Part shown: positions 27,484-37,715 of the stretch, one piece after another
How positions within the stretch are numbered: the first letter of the stretch is position 1
Layout: the number at the start of each line of letters is the position of its first letter
From: a virus
Taxonomy: Duplodnaviria > Heunggongvirae > Uroviricota > Caudoviricetes
Virus record (IMG/VR): IMGVR_UViG_3300043436_004750
Reading direction: 5' to 3' (one strand)
DNA length: 64,000 nucleotides
The notes under the pieces: generated by a model
Database searches by the model: none
What the model was told of the DNA's origin: nothing
Seen by the model: the letters and a program-made list of their open reading frames with translations, nothing else
Position numbers and translations under genes: made by a program

Positions 27484-28650
27484 ATGACTCAAACAGAATT
27501 TTTTGCATATGCAAATTTAGATAATTATGCAGATAACGTAAATATATGGTATACAGGAAGTAATCCTGGAACTATATTAGGATTATCAATACCGATACTT
27601 GTAGAAGGACAGGATATATCAGCAAGGTTAGAACAAGTTCAACAAATGACTATTCCACAACCGAACGGATTGCCGATAATCTTAACTGTGATAAGTCGAT
27701 CTGAGAATGAATCTCCAAACGGAACCGGATACTATATCTTTTTAGTAGAACAAACAAGCACCCAGGATATAACAGGACCTATAGCAACAGGACTAATATA
27801 CTTCTCACCAGATATAGATGCAACAGTATTTAGTAACGATCCATATAATGTATTGGGAGGATCTATAGAGGTAAATAGAAAGTCTACGTATATAATGAAA
27901 GCAGATAAAAATACAGCAGGAAATACAGCAGTACCGATAGGATACTCAGGTCCTGTAAATATCTTTAGAATACTATCAGGCTCAGCAGATTTAGCAACAA
28001 CACAAGATAGTAATTATTCAATAACAGGTTGGGCTAATGCGAGATATAACGGATGTAAAACAGATGAAGATGATTACCAATCACCACCATTAGTTACAGG
28101 AACTGTTTTTCAAGGATCTAATTACCCTATCACAGTACAGGAACAACATATACAAACCCAGATAAGCAGCAGTAATGTAATCTACTCAGAATACTTCTTT
28201 GCAGGAACTGAAGAAACCCCAGGGTATTCAACAAATCCGTTATTATTTGAAACAAGCGGTAGTACAGTACCACCTACATCGACAGAGTTCTTCATAATAC
28301 AAACATTGCTAAATCCAAATAGCTTAACAGGGTCTATTGCTATAGGAGATTTAATAACAGTAGAAAACTCAGATGAAATCATGAGAGTAACACTACTGGG
28401 AGTACCACAAGGATTAGCACCAGGTACCTTGAGAGTAAGGGTAGATAGAAATATAAATAATATACCGCTACAGAGCCTAGCAGATGTAAGTGCCGATAAT
28501 CTAACTATAGGAAGTATTAATCAAGTTCAGATATATGAAATAGAGAATAACAAGTTAAATGGAGTAGTAAGAGGGTATATGGTAGTACAACTTACAGGTG
28601 AAATATTGAAATTAAATTCCAACGGATACGTAGTAGGAACAGTCCAGTAG
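27484..28650 (+). CDS. putative tail protein
   Basis: 388 aa. Confidence 0.55.
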   Translation: MTQTEFFAYANLDNYADNVNIWYTGSNPGTILGLSIPILVEGQDISARLEQVQQMTIPQPNGLPIILTVISRSENESPNGTGYYIFLVEQTSTQDITGPIATGLIYFSPDIDATVFSNDPYNVLGGSIEVNRKSTYIMKADKNTAGNTAVPIGYSGPVNIFRILSGSADLATTQDSNYSITGWANARYNGCKTDEDDYQSPPLVTGTVFQGSNYPITVQEQHIQTQISSSNVIYSEYFFAGTEETPGYSTNPLLFETSGSTVPPTSTEFFIIQTLLNPNSLTGSIAIGDLITVENSDEIMRVTLLGVPQGLAPGTLRVRVDRNINNIPLQSLADVSADNLTIGSINQVQIYEIENNKLNGVVRGYMVVQLTGEILKLNSNGYVVGTVQ

Positions 28651-28696
28651 TTAAATAAAAATAAAAAACATATATTTATAAATAAAACATATAAAA

Positions 28697-29356
28697 ATGG
28701 GATACTTAAGTAATCAAGTAGTAACAGTAGATGCTATCTTAACAAAAAAAGGAAGAGAATTACTAGCTAGAGGAGATGGATCTTTTAAGATCACTCAATT
28801 TGCTCTAGCAGATGACGAGATCGATTATACTTTATATAATCCAAACCATCCAGAAGGATCAGCTTATTATGGAGAAGCTATAGAAGGTATGCCATTACTA
28901 GAAGCATTTCCTGATGAAACTCAAATAATGAAATATAAATTAGTAACACTACCAAGAGGAACTGCTAAGTTGCCAATTCTAGATTTAGGATTCTCTGCAA
29001 TTAGGTTAAAACAAGGAGCATCTCTTGCTATCACCCCACAGACGTTGAACTATTTAGGATCTTCTCAAACATTTGAAGCAGGAGGATATGTAGCAACTAT
29101 TGCAGATGCTAGAGTTTTAAACACAATTAATGGAGTAGGTATTAATACAACTGAAGCTGAGAGATTAAATTCAACAACAACCCTAGGTACAAATGTATCA
29201 AAAACAGTAATAGGTACTTCTATAAACTTGACAGGAACAACAATTAATACATTATTCGGAACAAACACAGAGTTAACAACAACAATTACAGTAATAGGTA
29301 GAGATTCTGGAGCTCGATTAACAATCCCTGTAACTATTATAAAAGTAAATCAATAA
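28697..29356 (+). CDS. putative tail protein
   Basis: 219 aa. Confidence 0.55.
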   Translation: MGYLSNQVVTVDAILTKKGRELLARGDGSFKITQFALADDEIDYTLYNPNHPEGSAYYGEAIEGMPLLEAFPDETQIMKYKLVTLPRGTAKLPILDLGFSAIRLKQGASLAITPQTLNYLGSSQTFEAGGYVATIADARVLNTINGVGINTTEAERLNSTTTLGTNVSKTVIGTSINLTGTTINTLFGTNTELTTTITVIGRDSGARLTIPVTIIKVNQ

Positions 29357-29366
29357 TAAGTAAGAT

Positions 29367-30392
29367 ATGTCATTTAAAAGATTAGATACAGAAGATATAA
29401 CACTGAGTGCAGAATCGATAGTAGCACCAGCCTGGACAGGACAGGTAACTACATTAACCTCTTTCTATACATCCTCAAACCAGGTAAGTATAGGTGCAGG
29501 TAATTATTACTTTAATATCTACCAAACAGCATCAAATGCAATAGGAGCTGAAGTTCAATTTTCAATAGCTTACGGAAACAGAGTAGGTAGTGGATCAACA
29601 CAAATAAACGCGTTAGTGAGTGGATCAACTCCTTCGAAGGTTAACTACGGACAGTATAGAACGTTAATTAATGGAGATGAAAACACCGATTTTAACTTTG
29701 CAGGAACTACACCAGATTCTATTTATATTATTACTGTAGAAAGAGCAAAATATAAAGAAAGTCTACTACCAGGTAGCTTAAACTTAATATTAGTTAGTGG
29801 GAGTACAACATTGAAATTAACTGATGATAGTCTAACAAACACAACAGTAACCTACGTAGATGCAGGTAGAGTATATAATATAGTATCAGGATCAAATGGA
29901 GTAGCAAGTACAGTATTGACAACAACAGGGTATACAAGCAATTCAGGATCTTATGGTAAATTTTTCCCAGATATAGGGGTAATGGTACTAAACGGAGCAG
30001 CCCTAATAGCACCAGCAGCATCAGGAGGGTTAGCTATGACAACTTTAAATGAAACATCCGGAATTAATTCCCAAATAAATACAAGAGCATTGTACAATAT
30101 ACTGAATACAGGTGGAAGTTCTATATCACTACAATCAGAAGAAACTGTTACATCTAACTACATATTTATTCGAGCTAGAAACAGTGAATTTAATTACTCA
30201 ACAAACCCGTCAATTATAACAGGATCAGGAGAGTTAAGATATAATGTACTGGTAAATACACCACAAGCATACTTTACAACAGTAGGACTTTATAATGACA
30301 ATAATGACCTGGTAGGTGTAGCTAAATTATCAAAACCTTTATTAAAAGATTTTACTAAAGAAGCACTTATACGAATAAAATTAGACTACTAA
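29367..30392 (+). CDS. structural protein, paralog A
   Basis: C-terminal YFTTVGLYNDNNDLVGVAKLSKPL..K......I..K.D shared with next gene. Confidence 0.55.
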   Translation: MSFKRLDTEDITLSAESIVAPAWTGQVTTLTSFYTSSNQVSIGAGNYYFNIYQTASNAIGAEVQFSIAYGNRVGSGSTQINALVSGSTPSKVNYGQYRTLINGDENTDFNFAGTTPDSIYIITVERAKYKESLLPGSLNLILVSGSTTLKLTDDSLTNTTVTYVDAGRVYNIVSGSNGVASTVLTTTGYTSNSGSYGKFFPDIGVMVLNGAALIAPAASGGLAMTTLNETSGINSQINTRALYNILNTGGSSISLQSEETVTSNYIFIRARNSEFNYSTNPSIITGSGELRYNVLVNTPQAYFTTVGLYNDNNDLVGVAKLSKPLLKDFTKEALIRIKLDY

Positions 30393-30426
30393 TAAAATTA
30401 CCAGAATATAGTGCTATATAGCGATA

Positions 30427-31389
30427 ATGAGTATTTACAAAAAACTAAATAAACAAGATGCGTACATAACAACCTATACTGCTCACAAATCATGGGAGGT
30501 ATCAGGTAGCCAGTTTGCTGATTACGGAATTCAAATAATTCCATCAATTAATGGAACATATTTAAACAGTTTACAACAACTATATTACCCATCAAAAATA
30601 TCAGGAAGTGTACCTATTAACCAATATGACTACTACTACCAAAGCACATTATACAATTCTCAATCAAGGCACCTAACTACTGGTTCCTTTCTACTTTCAC
30701 TACCGAGAAACATAGTCGGTACCCATATCAACCCAGGAATTGGTATAAACTTCTACATAAACGATGTACAGCAGATTAGATATGTAAGTCAATCATACTG
30801 GGGGGAGGGGTATGTAAACGATCCGGCAGTATTTAATAGTGTAGATATTTTAGGGTTATTAGATGATGGAGAAGGTAGTTTATATAGAAGTGGAAGTAAT
30901 CCAAGGGAATATGTAGGAGATATTATATATCCACATGGTATGGTAGTACTAACAAATAGAGATTATTCAATATTATTACAACAGTTATGGGCAGGTATTG
31001 ATCCAACTTTAGAAAAAGGAGTAGAGTACAAAGATCCTCAACTTAGAAATAATTTAGTGTTAAATTGGCAATCAAGTCAACCAATCTTTACACATAACTA
31101 CCACTGTAAAGTACGAGACTTTGAACTAAACTATACAAATAACCCAACAACTACCAGTAGCTCACTAGGAACTATCTACGACAATAATTCAGAAATATAC
31201 ACAACCTCAGGAAGTATAAGTAAAGGGTCTTTCAATGATAATATAACAGGTAGTGAGTTTACACCGTATTTTACAACAGTTGGACTATATAATGATGTAA
31301 ATGAGTTAATTGCAGTAGCAAAAACAAGTCGACCAATACCGAAATCAACCAATACAGATATGACAATAATAGTAAAAATAGATATATAA
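30427..31389 (+). CDS. structural protein, paralog B
   Basis: C-terminal YFTTVGLYNDVNELIAVAKTSRPI...IVKIDI. Confidence 0.55.
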   Translation: MSIYKKLNKQDAYITTYTAHKSWEVSGSQFADYGIQIIPSINGTYLNSLQQLYYPSKISGSVPINQYDYYYQSTLYNSQSRHLTTGSFLLSLPRNIVGTHINPGIGINFYINDVQQIRYVSQSYWGEGYVNDPAVFNSVDILGLLDDGEGSLYRSGSNPREYVGDIIYPHGMVVLTNRDYSILLQQLWAGIDPTLEKGVEYKDPQLRNNLVLNWQSSQPIFTHNYHCKVRDFELNYTNNPTTTSSSLGTIYDNNSEIYTTSGSISKGSFNDNITGSEFTPYFTTVGLYNDVNELIAVAKTSRPIPKSTNTDMTIIVKIDI

Positions 31390-32747
31390 TGGCAATAATA
31401 CTAAGAGCAGATACAGGATCAGCTTTATCTCACAATCAGGTAGATACAAACTTTACATCACTACACTACTCAGCATCACTAACAGGTAATACACTTATAT
31501 TTTATACAACAGGATCAATTGCATTAGGAATACCTGTAATGAGTTCATCAATCAACCTACCAGGAGGTACTGCTTGGACAGCATCAGGAGCAGGAATTAG
31601 TAGGAATAGTGTAGTAATAATAACTGGGTCTTTTATGCAAGGATCAACAGGTTTGACAGCTACAGGTGAAAACTCTCACGCACAAGGAAGTAACACAATA
31701 TCATCAGGATGGCATTCACATGCTGAAGGTATTCAAACACAGGCCAAAGGATCAGGTTCACATGCCGAAGGAGTAAGAACAATAGCATCAGGATCTTACT
31801 CACATGCAGAAGGAGAAAACACATTAGCTAAAGGACAATTCTCCCATACAGAAGGAACATATACTCAAGCAATAGGAGCAGGTTCACATGCTGAAGGAGA
31901 CAATACACTAGCATCAGGTTCATACTCACATGCAGAAGGAGGTAGTACTCAAGCAATAGGATTATACTCACATGCTGAAGGAGTTAATACAATAGCATCA
32001 GGATCCTACTCACATGCTGAAGGAAATAGTACTCAAGCAATAGGAATTTTTTCACATGCTGAAGGAGACAATACAATAGCATCAGGATCATACTCACATG
32101 CTGAAGGAGTTAATACTCAAGCAATAGGAGATTACTCACATGCTGAAGGAAATCAAACACAAGCAATAGGATATGCATCTCATGCTGAAGGCAATGAAAC
32201 AGTAGCATCAGGTTCATACTCACATGCAGAAGGAGAAAATACTCAAGCGATAGGAAGAGGATCTCATGCTGAAGGAGCAGGTACTCAAGCAATAGGAAGA
32301 GGATCTCATGCTGAAGGTAGTGGAACAACAGCTTTCGGTACAGGCTCACATGCTGAAGGGTATTATACAATAGCATCAGGATCACACTCGCATGCAGAAG
32401 GAAAAGGAACAATAGCTATAGGGGAACATTCACATACTGAAGGCTGGGAAACAGTAGCATTAGGCACACATCAACATGTAATAGGTCAGTTCAACATTTC
32501 ATCATCAGCTCATTCAGCTTTTATAATAGGAAATGGAACATCAGATGGATCAAGAAGTAATCTAGTATTTGCATCTGGTTCTCAATTTCAAGTAACAGGA
32601 TCTTTAATGGTGAAAGATATTTTACAGTTAGAAGTAAGAACAACAACACCAGGCTCTCCAGTAAATGGAATGATTATAGTATCAGGATCGGGAGTAGATC
32701 AACATATATACTGCTACTTAAACAGTACCTGGAAACAATTAGACTAA
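31389..32747 (+). CDS. tail fibre protein with tandem SHAEG repeats
   Basis: About 13 tandem copies of about 20-aa unit GSYSHAEGxNTxAxG. Confidence 0.6.
   Translation: MAIILRADTGSALSHNQVDTNFTSLHYSASLTGNTLIFYTTGSIALGIPVMSSSINLPGGTAWTASGAGISRNSVVIITGSFMQGSTGLTATGENSHAQGSNTISSGWHSHAEGIQTQAKGSGSHAEGVRTIASGSYSHAEGENTLAKGQFSHTEGTYTQAIGAGSHAEGDNTLASGSYSHAEGGSTQAIGLYSHAEGVNTIASGSYSHAEGNSTQAIGIFSHAEGDNTIASGSYSHAEGVNTQAIGDYSHAEGNQTQAIGYASHAEGNETVASGSYSHAEGENTQAIGRGSHAEGAGTQAIGRGSHAEGSGTTAFGTGSHAEGYYTIASGSHSHAEGKGTIAIGEHSHTEGWETVALGTHQHVIGQFNISSSAHSAFIIGNGTSDGSRSNLVFASGSQFQVTGSLMVKDILQLEVRTTTPGSPVNGMIIVSGSGVDQHIYCYLNSTWKQLD
31670..32470 (+). repeat. about 60-bp tandem coding repeats (SHAEG units)
   Basis: Repeated tcacatgctgaaggagnnaatac... 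units. Confidence 0.6.
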
Positions 32748-32760
32748 AACAAAATAAAAA

Positions 32761-33198
32761 ATGTGGTTATATCAAAATAAAGAAATAAAAGAACTAGAAG
32801 ATATGCCCGGAGATAACTTCGGATTTATCTATGAAGTAACACATCTACCAACCGGTAGAAAGTACTTAGGAAAGAAGCAACTTATTTCTGTTACAAAAAA
32901 AGCTTTAGGTAAAAAAGAATTAGCTTTAATAACAGATAAAAGAGTTAGTAAATCTAAAATAGTTAGAAAAGAATCTGATTGGAAAACATACTACGGTTCT
33001 CACTCAGAAATAAAAGGCTTAATAAAAGAAGGAAAACAGTCGGAATTCTCAAGAGAAATTCTTATCTTTACTCCAAATAAGAAGTTACATACATACTATG
33101 AGAACAAATTCCTATTTATGAAAGGAGTAATAGAGCCAGATTCTAACTATATAAATGATAATATAGAAGGAAGATATTTTAGAAAAGATTTCTTATGA
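32761..33198 (+). CDS. GIY-YIG-like (degenerate) endonuclease
   Basis: GFIYEVTHLPTGRKYLGKK resembles GIY-x10-YIG. Confidence 0.35.
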   Translation: MWLYQNKEIKELEDMPGDNFGFIYEVTHLPTGRKYLGKKQLISVTKKALGKKELALITDKRVSKSKIVRKESDWKTYYGSHSEIKGLIKEGKQSEFSREILIFTPNKKLHTYYENKFLFMKGVIEPDSNYINDNIEGRYFRKDFL

Positions 33199-33866
33199 TA
33201 AAATTACAAGAAATAGTAGGATTACCAACCCTACAATACCACTTAGACAACAAGCTGACACTATCTGAATGTGTCTACCGTTATTCCTCTGATTCGTTTA
33301 TACAGTTGTTTGCTGAAGCAAGAAAGGCTCTAAGAGACGGTAAAATCGTATTAAGTGAACAAGATATACTCCTATTAGAAAATACAGATATTGGAGAGTA
33401 TGGAATGTATGAAGGACAAAAAGTTCCTTTAGACCTTCCAATGATCGATGAAGGGGATTACGATTCTCTAGAGGATGAAATCGCTAACAATGAATTCGGA
33501 ATGGACTATGATCAATTAGGTCCAAATGAAAAGGAATGGGTAGATGTTGAAGTAGCAAAACTAAATGAAGCAGAATACAGAGGTAAAGATGTTCCTTTAA
33601 ACAAACCAAAAAGAGGAGGATCTAAAAAATTCTACGTTTATACTAAGAATAAAAAAGGAAATGTAGTAAAAGTATCTTTTGGAGCAGTAGACGGAGGAGG
33701 AGCTTTAGCAGTCAAACTAGATGACCCTAAAAGGAGAAAAGCGTTTGCAGATAGACATAACTGTGATAAAAAAACAGATAAGACAACACCGGGATACTGG
33801 TCTTGCAGACTAACAAGGTATGCAAAACAGTTAGGAATGAAGAAAAACTACTCCGGCTATTGGTAG
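33195..33866 (+). CDS. hypothetical protein
   Basis: 223-aa ORF between two endonuclease genes. Confidence 0.5.
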   Translation: MIKLQEIVGLPTLQYHLDNKLTLSECVYRYSSDSFIQLFAEARKALRDGKIVLSEQDILLLENTDIGEYGMYEGQKVPLDLPMIDEGDYDSLEDEIANNEFGMDYDQLGPNEKEWVDVEVAKLNEAEYRGKDVPLNKPKRGGSKKFYVYTKNKKGNVVKVSFGAVDGGGALAVKLDDPKRRKAFADRHNCDKKTDKTTPGYWSCRLTRYAKQLGMKKNYSGYW

Positions 33867-33869
33867 GTA

Positions 33870-34616
33870 TTGGAAAATAGTTACTATTTATTAAAAAAGA
33901 GTAGTATGCAAATTTACAAGATTACAAATAGGGTAAATGGAAAAGTTTATATAGGGAAGGATGAAGCAAGTAGGCCTCCGTACTATGGATCAGGAAAGCT
34001 TATAAGAAGGGCAATACAGCTGTACGGGAAAGATAGTTTTGAAAAAGAAATAATAGAAGATGTAGAAGGAAGAGAACTGCTTTGTGAAAGAGAAATCTAC
34101 TGGATATCTTTTTATAACAGTACAGATAGCAGGATAGGATACAATATTACCAAAGGAGGAGATGGAGGAGACACTTTATCAAACCATCCAGACTTAGATA
34201 CTATTAAGGAAAAAATCTCAAATGCTACAGTAGGAAGAGTCTTCACAGAAGAACACCTTATTAACCTAAAAAAGAATCATCCAAAACTAACAATGGAGGA
34301 GAAGAATATGGATAAAGCTACTTGGTTGGTTTCAATTAGAGAATCACATGCAAAGAGAAAGGGAAAGACATTAGAGGAGATTGTAGGAGAAGATAGAGCA
34401 AAAAAGATAAAAGAACATCTAAGAGAGAAGAGACAGGAGAGGGCAGAATACTTTGAAACACCAGTTGCACAATACTCTAGAGAAGGGGAACTCCTTCAAA
34501 CTTATAAAAGCCAGGCAGAAGCATCTAAAGCAACAGGTATAAGGCAGGGTGATATTTCAAATTGCATAAAAGGAAGACAAAAAGTAGTTAAAGGATTTAT
34601 TTGGAAAAGGATATGA
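33870..34616 (+). CDS. GIY-YIG homing endonuclease
   Basis: IYKITNRVNGKVYIGKDEASRPPYYGSGKLIRRAIQLYGKDSFEKEII..E...YW...YN (I-TevI/Seg-like); C-terminal basic DNA-binding tail; start may be 33906. Confidence 0.7.
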   Translation: MENSYYLLKKSSMQIYKITNRVNGKVYIGKDEASRPPYYGSGKLIRRAIQLYGKDSFEKEIIEDVEGRELLCEREIYWISFYNSTDSRIGYNITKGGDGGDTLSNHPDLDTIKEKISNATVGRVFTEEHLINLKKNHPKLTMEEKNMDKATWLVSIRESHAKRKGKTLEEIVGEDRAKKIKEHLREKRQERAEYFETPVAQYSREGELLQTYKSQAEASKATGIRQGDISNCIKGRQKVVKGFIWKRI

Positions 34617-34870
34617 AACCCTATCAAGAAATACTAACCCCAGGATACATTTATAGAAAATTTACCCAAGACATCTCAGAGGAAGAATTAGTATGGCATA
34701 GGGATAAAAATGATAGAGAGGTAGAAATTCTAGAACCAACAGATTGGATGTTTCAATTTGATAATGAACTACCTCAGACATTAAAAGGTAAATTACTTAT
34801 ACCAAAAGAGACATACCACAGATTGATAAAAGGAACAGGGTATTTAAACATAAGAATAAAAGAATATTAA
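34601..34870 (+). CDS. hypothetical protein
   Basis: 89-aa ORF. Confidence 0.45.
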   Translation: MEKDMKPYQEILTPGYIYRKFTQDISEEELVWHRDKNDREVEILEPTDWMFQFDNELPQTLKGKLLIPKETYHRLIKGTGYLNIRIKEY

Positions 34871-34954
34871 TAGCACAAGACATAGTAGTACTAAGTACTT
34901 TTATAATTCCAGTAAACACCTTACTATTTATAATTAAACCTAAGAAAAAACTTA

Positions 34955-35443
34955 ATGAAAAAATCAGAACTAGCAAAAGTAATAAGAGAGGAACTTCAAG
35001 GATATTCAAAATATCTAGGTAAAACTAAAGGAGGAACTCCTGATGAGTTTATGCAAATTTTAACTAGAATTGCTAAGGGAGCAGAAAAAGGAGATGCTGA
35101 AAGAGGTAATGCGATTTTAGATAAAGCTAATCCTGAAAACGTAGCTAGAATTACTAGAGGAGAAAAACCTATGTACGAAGAAAAAGGAACATTAACAGCT
35201 TCAGAGATTAAAGAATTTGTTAAACAAACTCTTAACCTTCAAGATTATGACGTTAGTGTCAGACTCAACCCAGCCTATAACGAAATTACATTAACAATAA
35301 AGCAAGATCCTTCTGAAGAAGATTTTAACACTGTACTTAACTATTTAGAAGATAACGGATACACAATCGACCGTAAACAAACAACAAGAGAAGGGGATGA
35401 TGATGGTGATAGATATTACTACCCTAGAATTAGGTTTCAATAG
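34955..35443 (+). CDS. hypothetical protein
   Basis: 162-aa ORF. Confidence 0.55.
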   Translation: MKKSELAKVIREELQGYSKYLGKTKGGTPDEFMQILTRIAKGAEKGDAERGNAILDKANPENVARITRGEKPMYEEKGTLTASEIKEFVKQTLNLQDYDVSVRLNPAYNEITLTIKQDPSEEDFNTVLNYLEDNGYTIDRKQTTREGDDDGDRYYYPRIRFQ

Positions 35444-35883
35444 TGATCAGTCTTTATAACATACTAAAAGAAGTAATTTCACCAACCCAAGAATACCAAG
35501 AACTTGTAAATGACATCATCGACCAAGGAGGAGAGTTCTTAGGATCAGGAGACTATGGTTCAGTTTACTTAGTAGGAGACAAAGTAAAAAAAGTAACTAC
35601 TGATTCAGAAGAATTAGAAGATGCACAGCAAATAAAGGGAGAAAAGACTAAATACTTTGTACATATATACGATGTAGAGGTTAGAAATCCAAAACTAGGA
35701 ATTATCACAATGGATAATCTAGAACCTTTTACAGGATCTGAGAAAGATGTTCCAATTGATGATATAATGAAAGAAGCAGACATACTAGGGATATACCCAG
35801 ACTTAGAAGGACCAGGAGGATCTATCAAGATGGACAATGTAATGCAAGACAGAAACGGAAGCATAAAAATAATAGATGTATAG
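35443..35883 (+). CDS. hypothetical protein with kinase-like Gly-rich loop
   Basis: LGSGDYGSVYLVGDKVKKV resembles GxGxxGxV...VxxK ATP-binding loop; only 146 aa. Confidence 0.45.
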   Translation: MISLYNILKEVISPTQEYQELVNDIIDQGGEFLGSGDYGSVYLVGDKVKKVTTDSEELEDAQQIKGEKTKYFVHIYDVEVRNPKLGIITMDNLEPFTGSEKDVPIDDIMKEADILGIYPDLEGPGGSIKMDNVMQDRNGSIKIIDV

Positions 35884-35906
35884 AGTTGCTTAATTGCAAC
35901 TCTTTT
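35882..35906 (+). terminator. hairpin agagttgc-ttaatt-gcaactct + T-run
   Basis: seen in sequence. Confidence 0.45.
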
Positions 35907-35917
35907 CGTATCTTATA
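35886..35917 (+). promoter_or_regulatory. variant promoter (TTG, 20-nt spacer, TATCTTATA)
   Basis: TTG 35886-35888, TATCTTATA 35909-35917. Confidence 0.35.
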
Positions 35918-35940
35918 ATGTCAATCAGTTATGTATAACT

Positions 35941-36861
35941 ATGAGTAGTAATATACTATTAGGATTTATAGAGAATGTTTTAGGCAAATCCCATAAGAGA
36001 GCAAGGGAGAACTACGCTTTTACTTGCCCTAAATGCAATCACCATAAGCCAAAGCTAGAGGTAAACATGCATACCAATGAAAAAGGAGAGAATCCTTTCG
36101 AATGCTGGGTATGTGGCTTTAAAGGAAGGACAATTAAGTCATTGCTTAAACAATTACAAGTACCTGCCGAACAAGCATATGAAATACTTAAATACGTAAG
36201 AAAAGGTGACGAAATAGGGTATACACCTACAACTTCTGTAGAACTTCCTAAAGAGTTTCAAGCTCTTTATACAGCATCAACTACATCCATTATTGCAAAT
36301 AAAGTAAGAAGATACCTATATAAAAGGGGTTTTACCGATAGAGACTTCCTAAAATACAATATAGGTTACTGTACTTCAGGAGAATACGCCGGAAGAGTTA
36401 TTATTCCTTCTTATAACGAGAATAATCAACTAAATACATTTGTAGGTAGAACCTTCGAAGATGCATACCATAAATACAGAGGTCCAGAGAGTTCTAAAGA
36501 TATTATAGTCTTTGAGAACCTTATCAATTGGGCCCAACCCATAGTACTTGTGGAGGGTGTATTTGATGCAATAGCAGTAAAAAGAAACGCAGTACCAATA
36601 CTTGGTAAGTCTTTATCAAAATCTTTGATAAAAAAGATAATATCAAGTCAGGTAGAAGATATATACGTAGCCCTAGACAGGGATGCATTTAAAAAAGCAC
36701 TCTCATATACAGAACAGTTTCTGAATATGGGAAAGAAAGTATATCTAGTAGATATGCAAGATAAGGATCCAAGCGAGATGGGCTTTGCAAGCTTTACTCG
36801 ATATGTACAACAAGCAGAGGAAATGGACTTCGGGAAGTTACTCCGCTACAAACTATCATAA
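35941..36861 (+). CDS. DNA primase (CHC2 zinc finger + Toprim)
   Basis: CPKCNHHKPKL...FECWVCGFKG zinc-binding; VLVEGVFDAIAV and ALDRD Toprim acidic motifs. Confidence 0.65.
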   Translation: MSSNILLGFIENVLGKSHKRARENYAFTCPKCNHHKPKLEVNMHTNEKGENPFECWVCGFKGRTIKSLLKQLQVPAEQAYEILKYVRKGDEIGYTPTTSVELPKEFQALYTASTTSIIANKVRRYLYKRGFTDRDFLKYNIGYCTSGEYAGRVIIPSYNENNQLNTFVGRTFEDAYHKYRGPESSKDIIVFENLINWAQPIVLVEGVFDAIAVKRNAVPILGKSLSKSLIKKIISSQVEDIYVALDRDAFKKALSYTEQFLNMGKKVYLVDMQDKDPSEMGFASFTRYVQQAEEMDFGKLLRYKLS

Positions 36862-36862
36862 T

Positions 36863-37645
36863 ATGATACAAAAAGGAGCAAACGTTCTTTCAGAACACGC
36901 AAAAAAGAGACTGGACTTTAAACCGGAACTGAAACAAATTAACTTCTTAGATAGAAGGGTTTACCAAAGATCAGAAGGAGTATACTACCCCTCAGTTACA
37001 TCAATTTTACAGTACATGCCAAAGAATAAGTTCTTTGAAAACTGGCTGAAAGATGTAGGACACAATTCAGACATTATAATGAGAAGAGCCGGAGATGAAG
37101 GTACTCAAGTCCATAATGCAATTGAAGAGCTGTTAGAAGGGAAGGAAGTAACTTGGATGGATGATTATGGTAATGCCCGATATAACGAACTTGTATGGGG
37201 AATGATTATAAAGTTCAAAGAGTTTTGGGCAAAAGTAAAACCTGAATTAATCTTTATGGAAGAATTCACCTATTCAGACACTCACAAGTATGCAGGAACT
37301 AGTGATTTAGTAGTAAAGATAGGTGGAGAACATTGGCTTATAGATTTCAAGACATCTAACAGTCTTCACAAATCGTACGACTTACAACTTGCAGCTTATG
37401 CAAAATCTATTGAAGAAACAAAAGGTATAAAGATTGATAGAACAGCTATTCTTTGGTTAAAAGCAGGTACTCGAGGAGAGGATAAAAGCGGTAAGAAAAT
37501 CCAAGGTAAAGGGTGGGAGTTAAAAGTAGTAGATAATATAGAAGAGAACTTTGAGTTATTCAAATTGATCTATAGATTGTATGAAATTGAAAATCCGATT
37601 ACAGAACCTAAATTCATAAGCTACCCAACAACTATCAAACTTTAG
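36863..37645 (+). CDS. PD-(D/E)XK RecB-family nuclease (Cas4/lambda-exo-like fold)
   Basis: GTSDLVV...WLIDFKT...YDLQLAAYA (D..D/ExK and QxxxY motifs); internal ATG after primase stop. Confidence 0.55.
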   Translation: MIQKGANVLSEHAKKRLDFKPELKQINFLDRRVYQRSEGVYYPSVTSILQYMPKNKFFENWLKDVGHNSDIIMRRAGDEGTQVHNAIEELLEGKEVTWMDDYGNARYNELVWGMIIKFKEFWAKVKPELIFMEEFTYSDTHKYAGTSDLVVKIGGEHWLIDFKTSNSLHKSYDLQLAAYAKSIEETKGIKIDRTAILWLKAGTRGEDKSGKKIQGKGWELKVVDNIEENFELFKLIYRLYEIENPITEPKFISYPTTIKL

Positions 37646-37667
37646 TACTATTTATTTAATATAATCG

Positions 37668-37699
37668 TTGGATATTCGAAGTAATATTCTTATATTTAG
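37668..37699 (+). promoter_or_regulatory. early-type promoter
   Basis: TTG 37668-37670, TATATTTAG 37691-37699. Confidence 0.5.
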
Positions 37700-37715
37700 G
37701 TAAATAAGAAGGATA

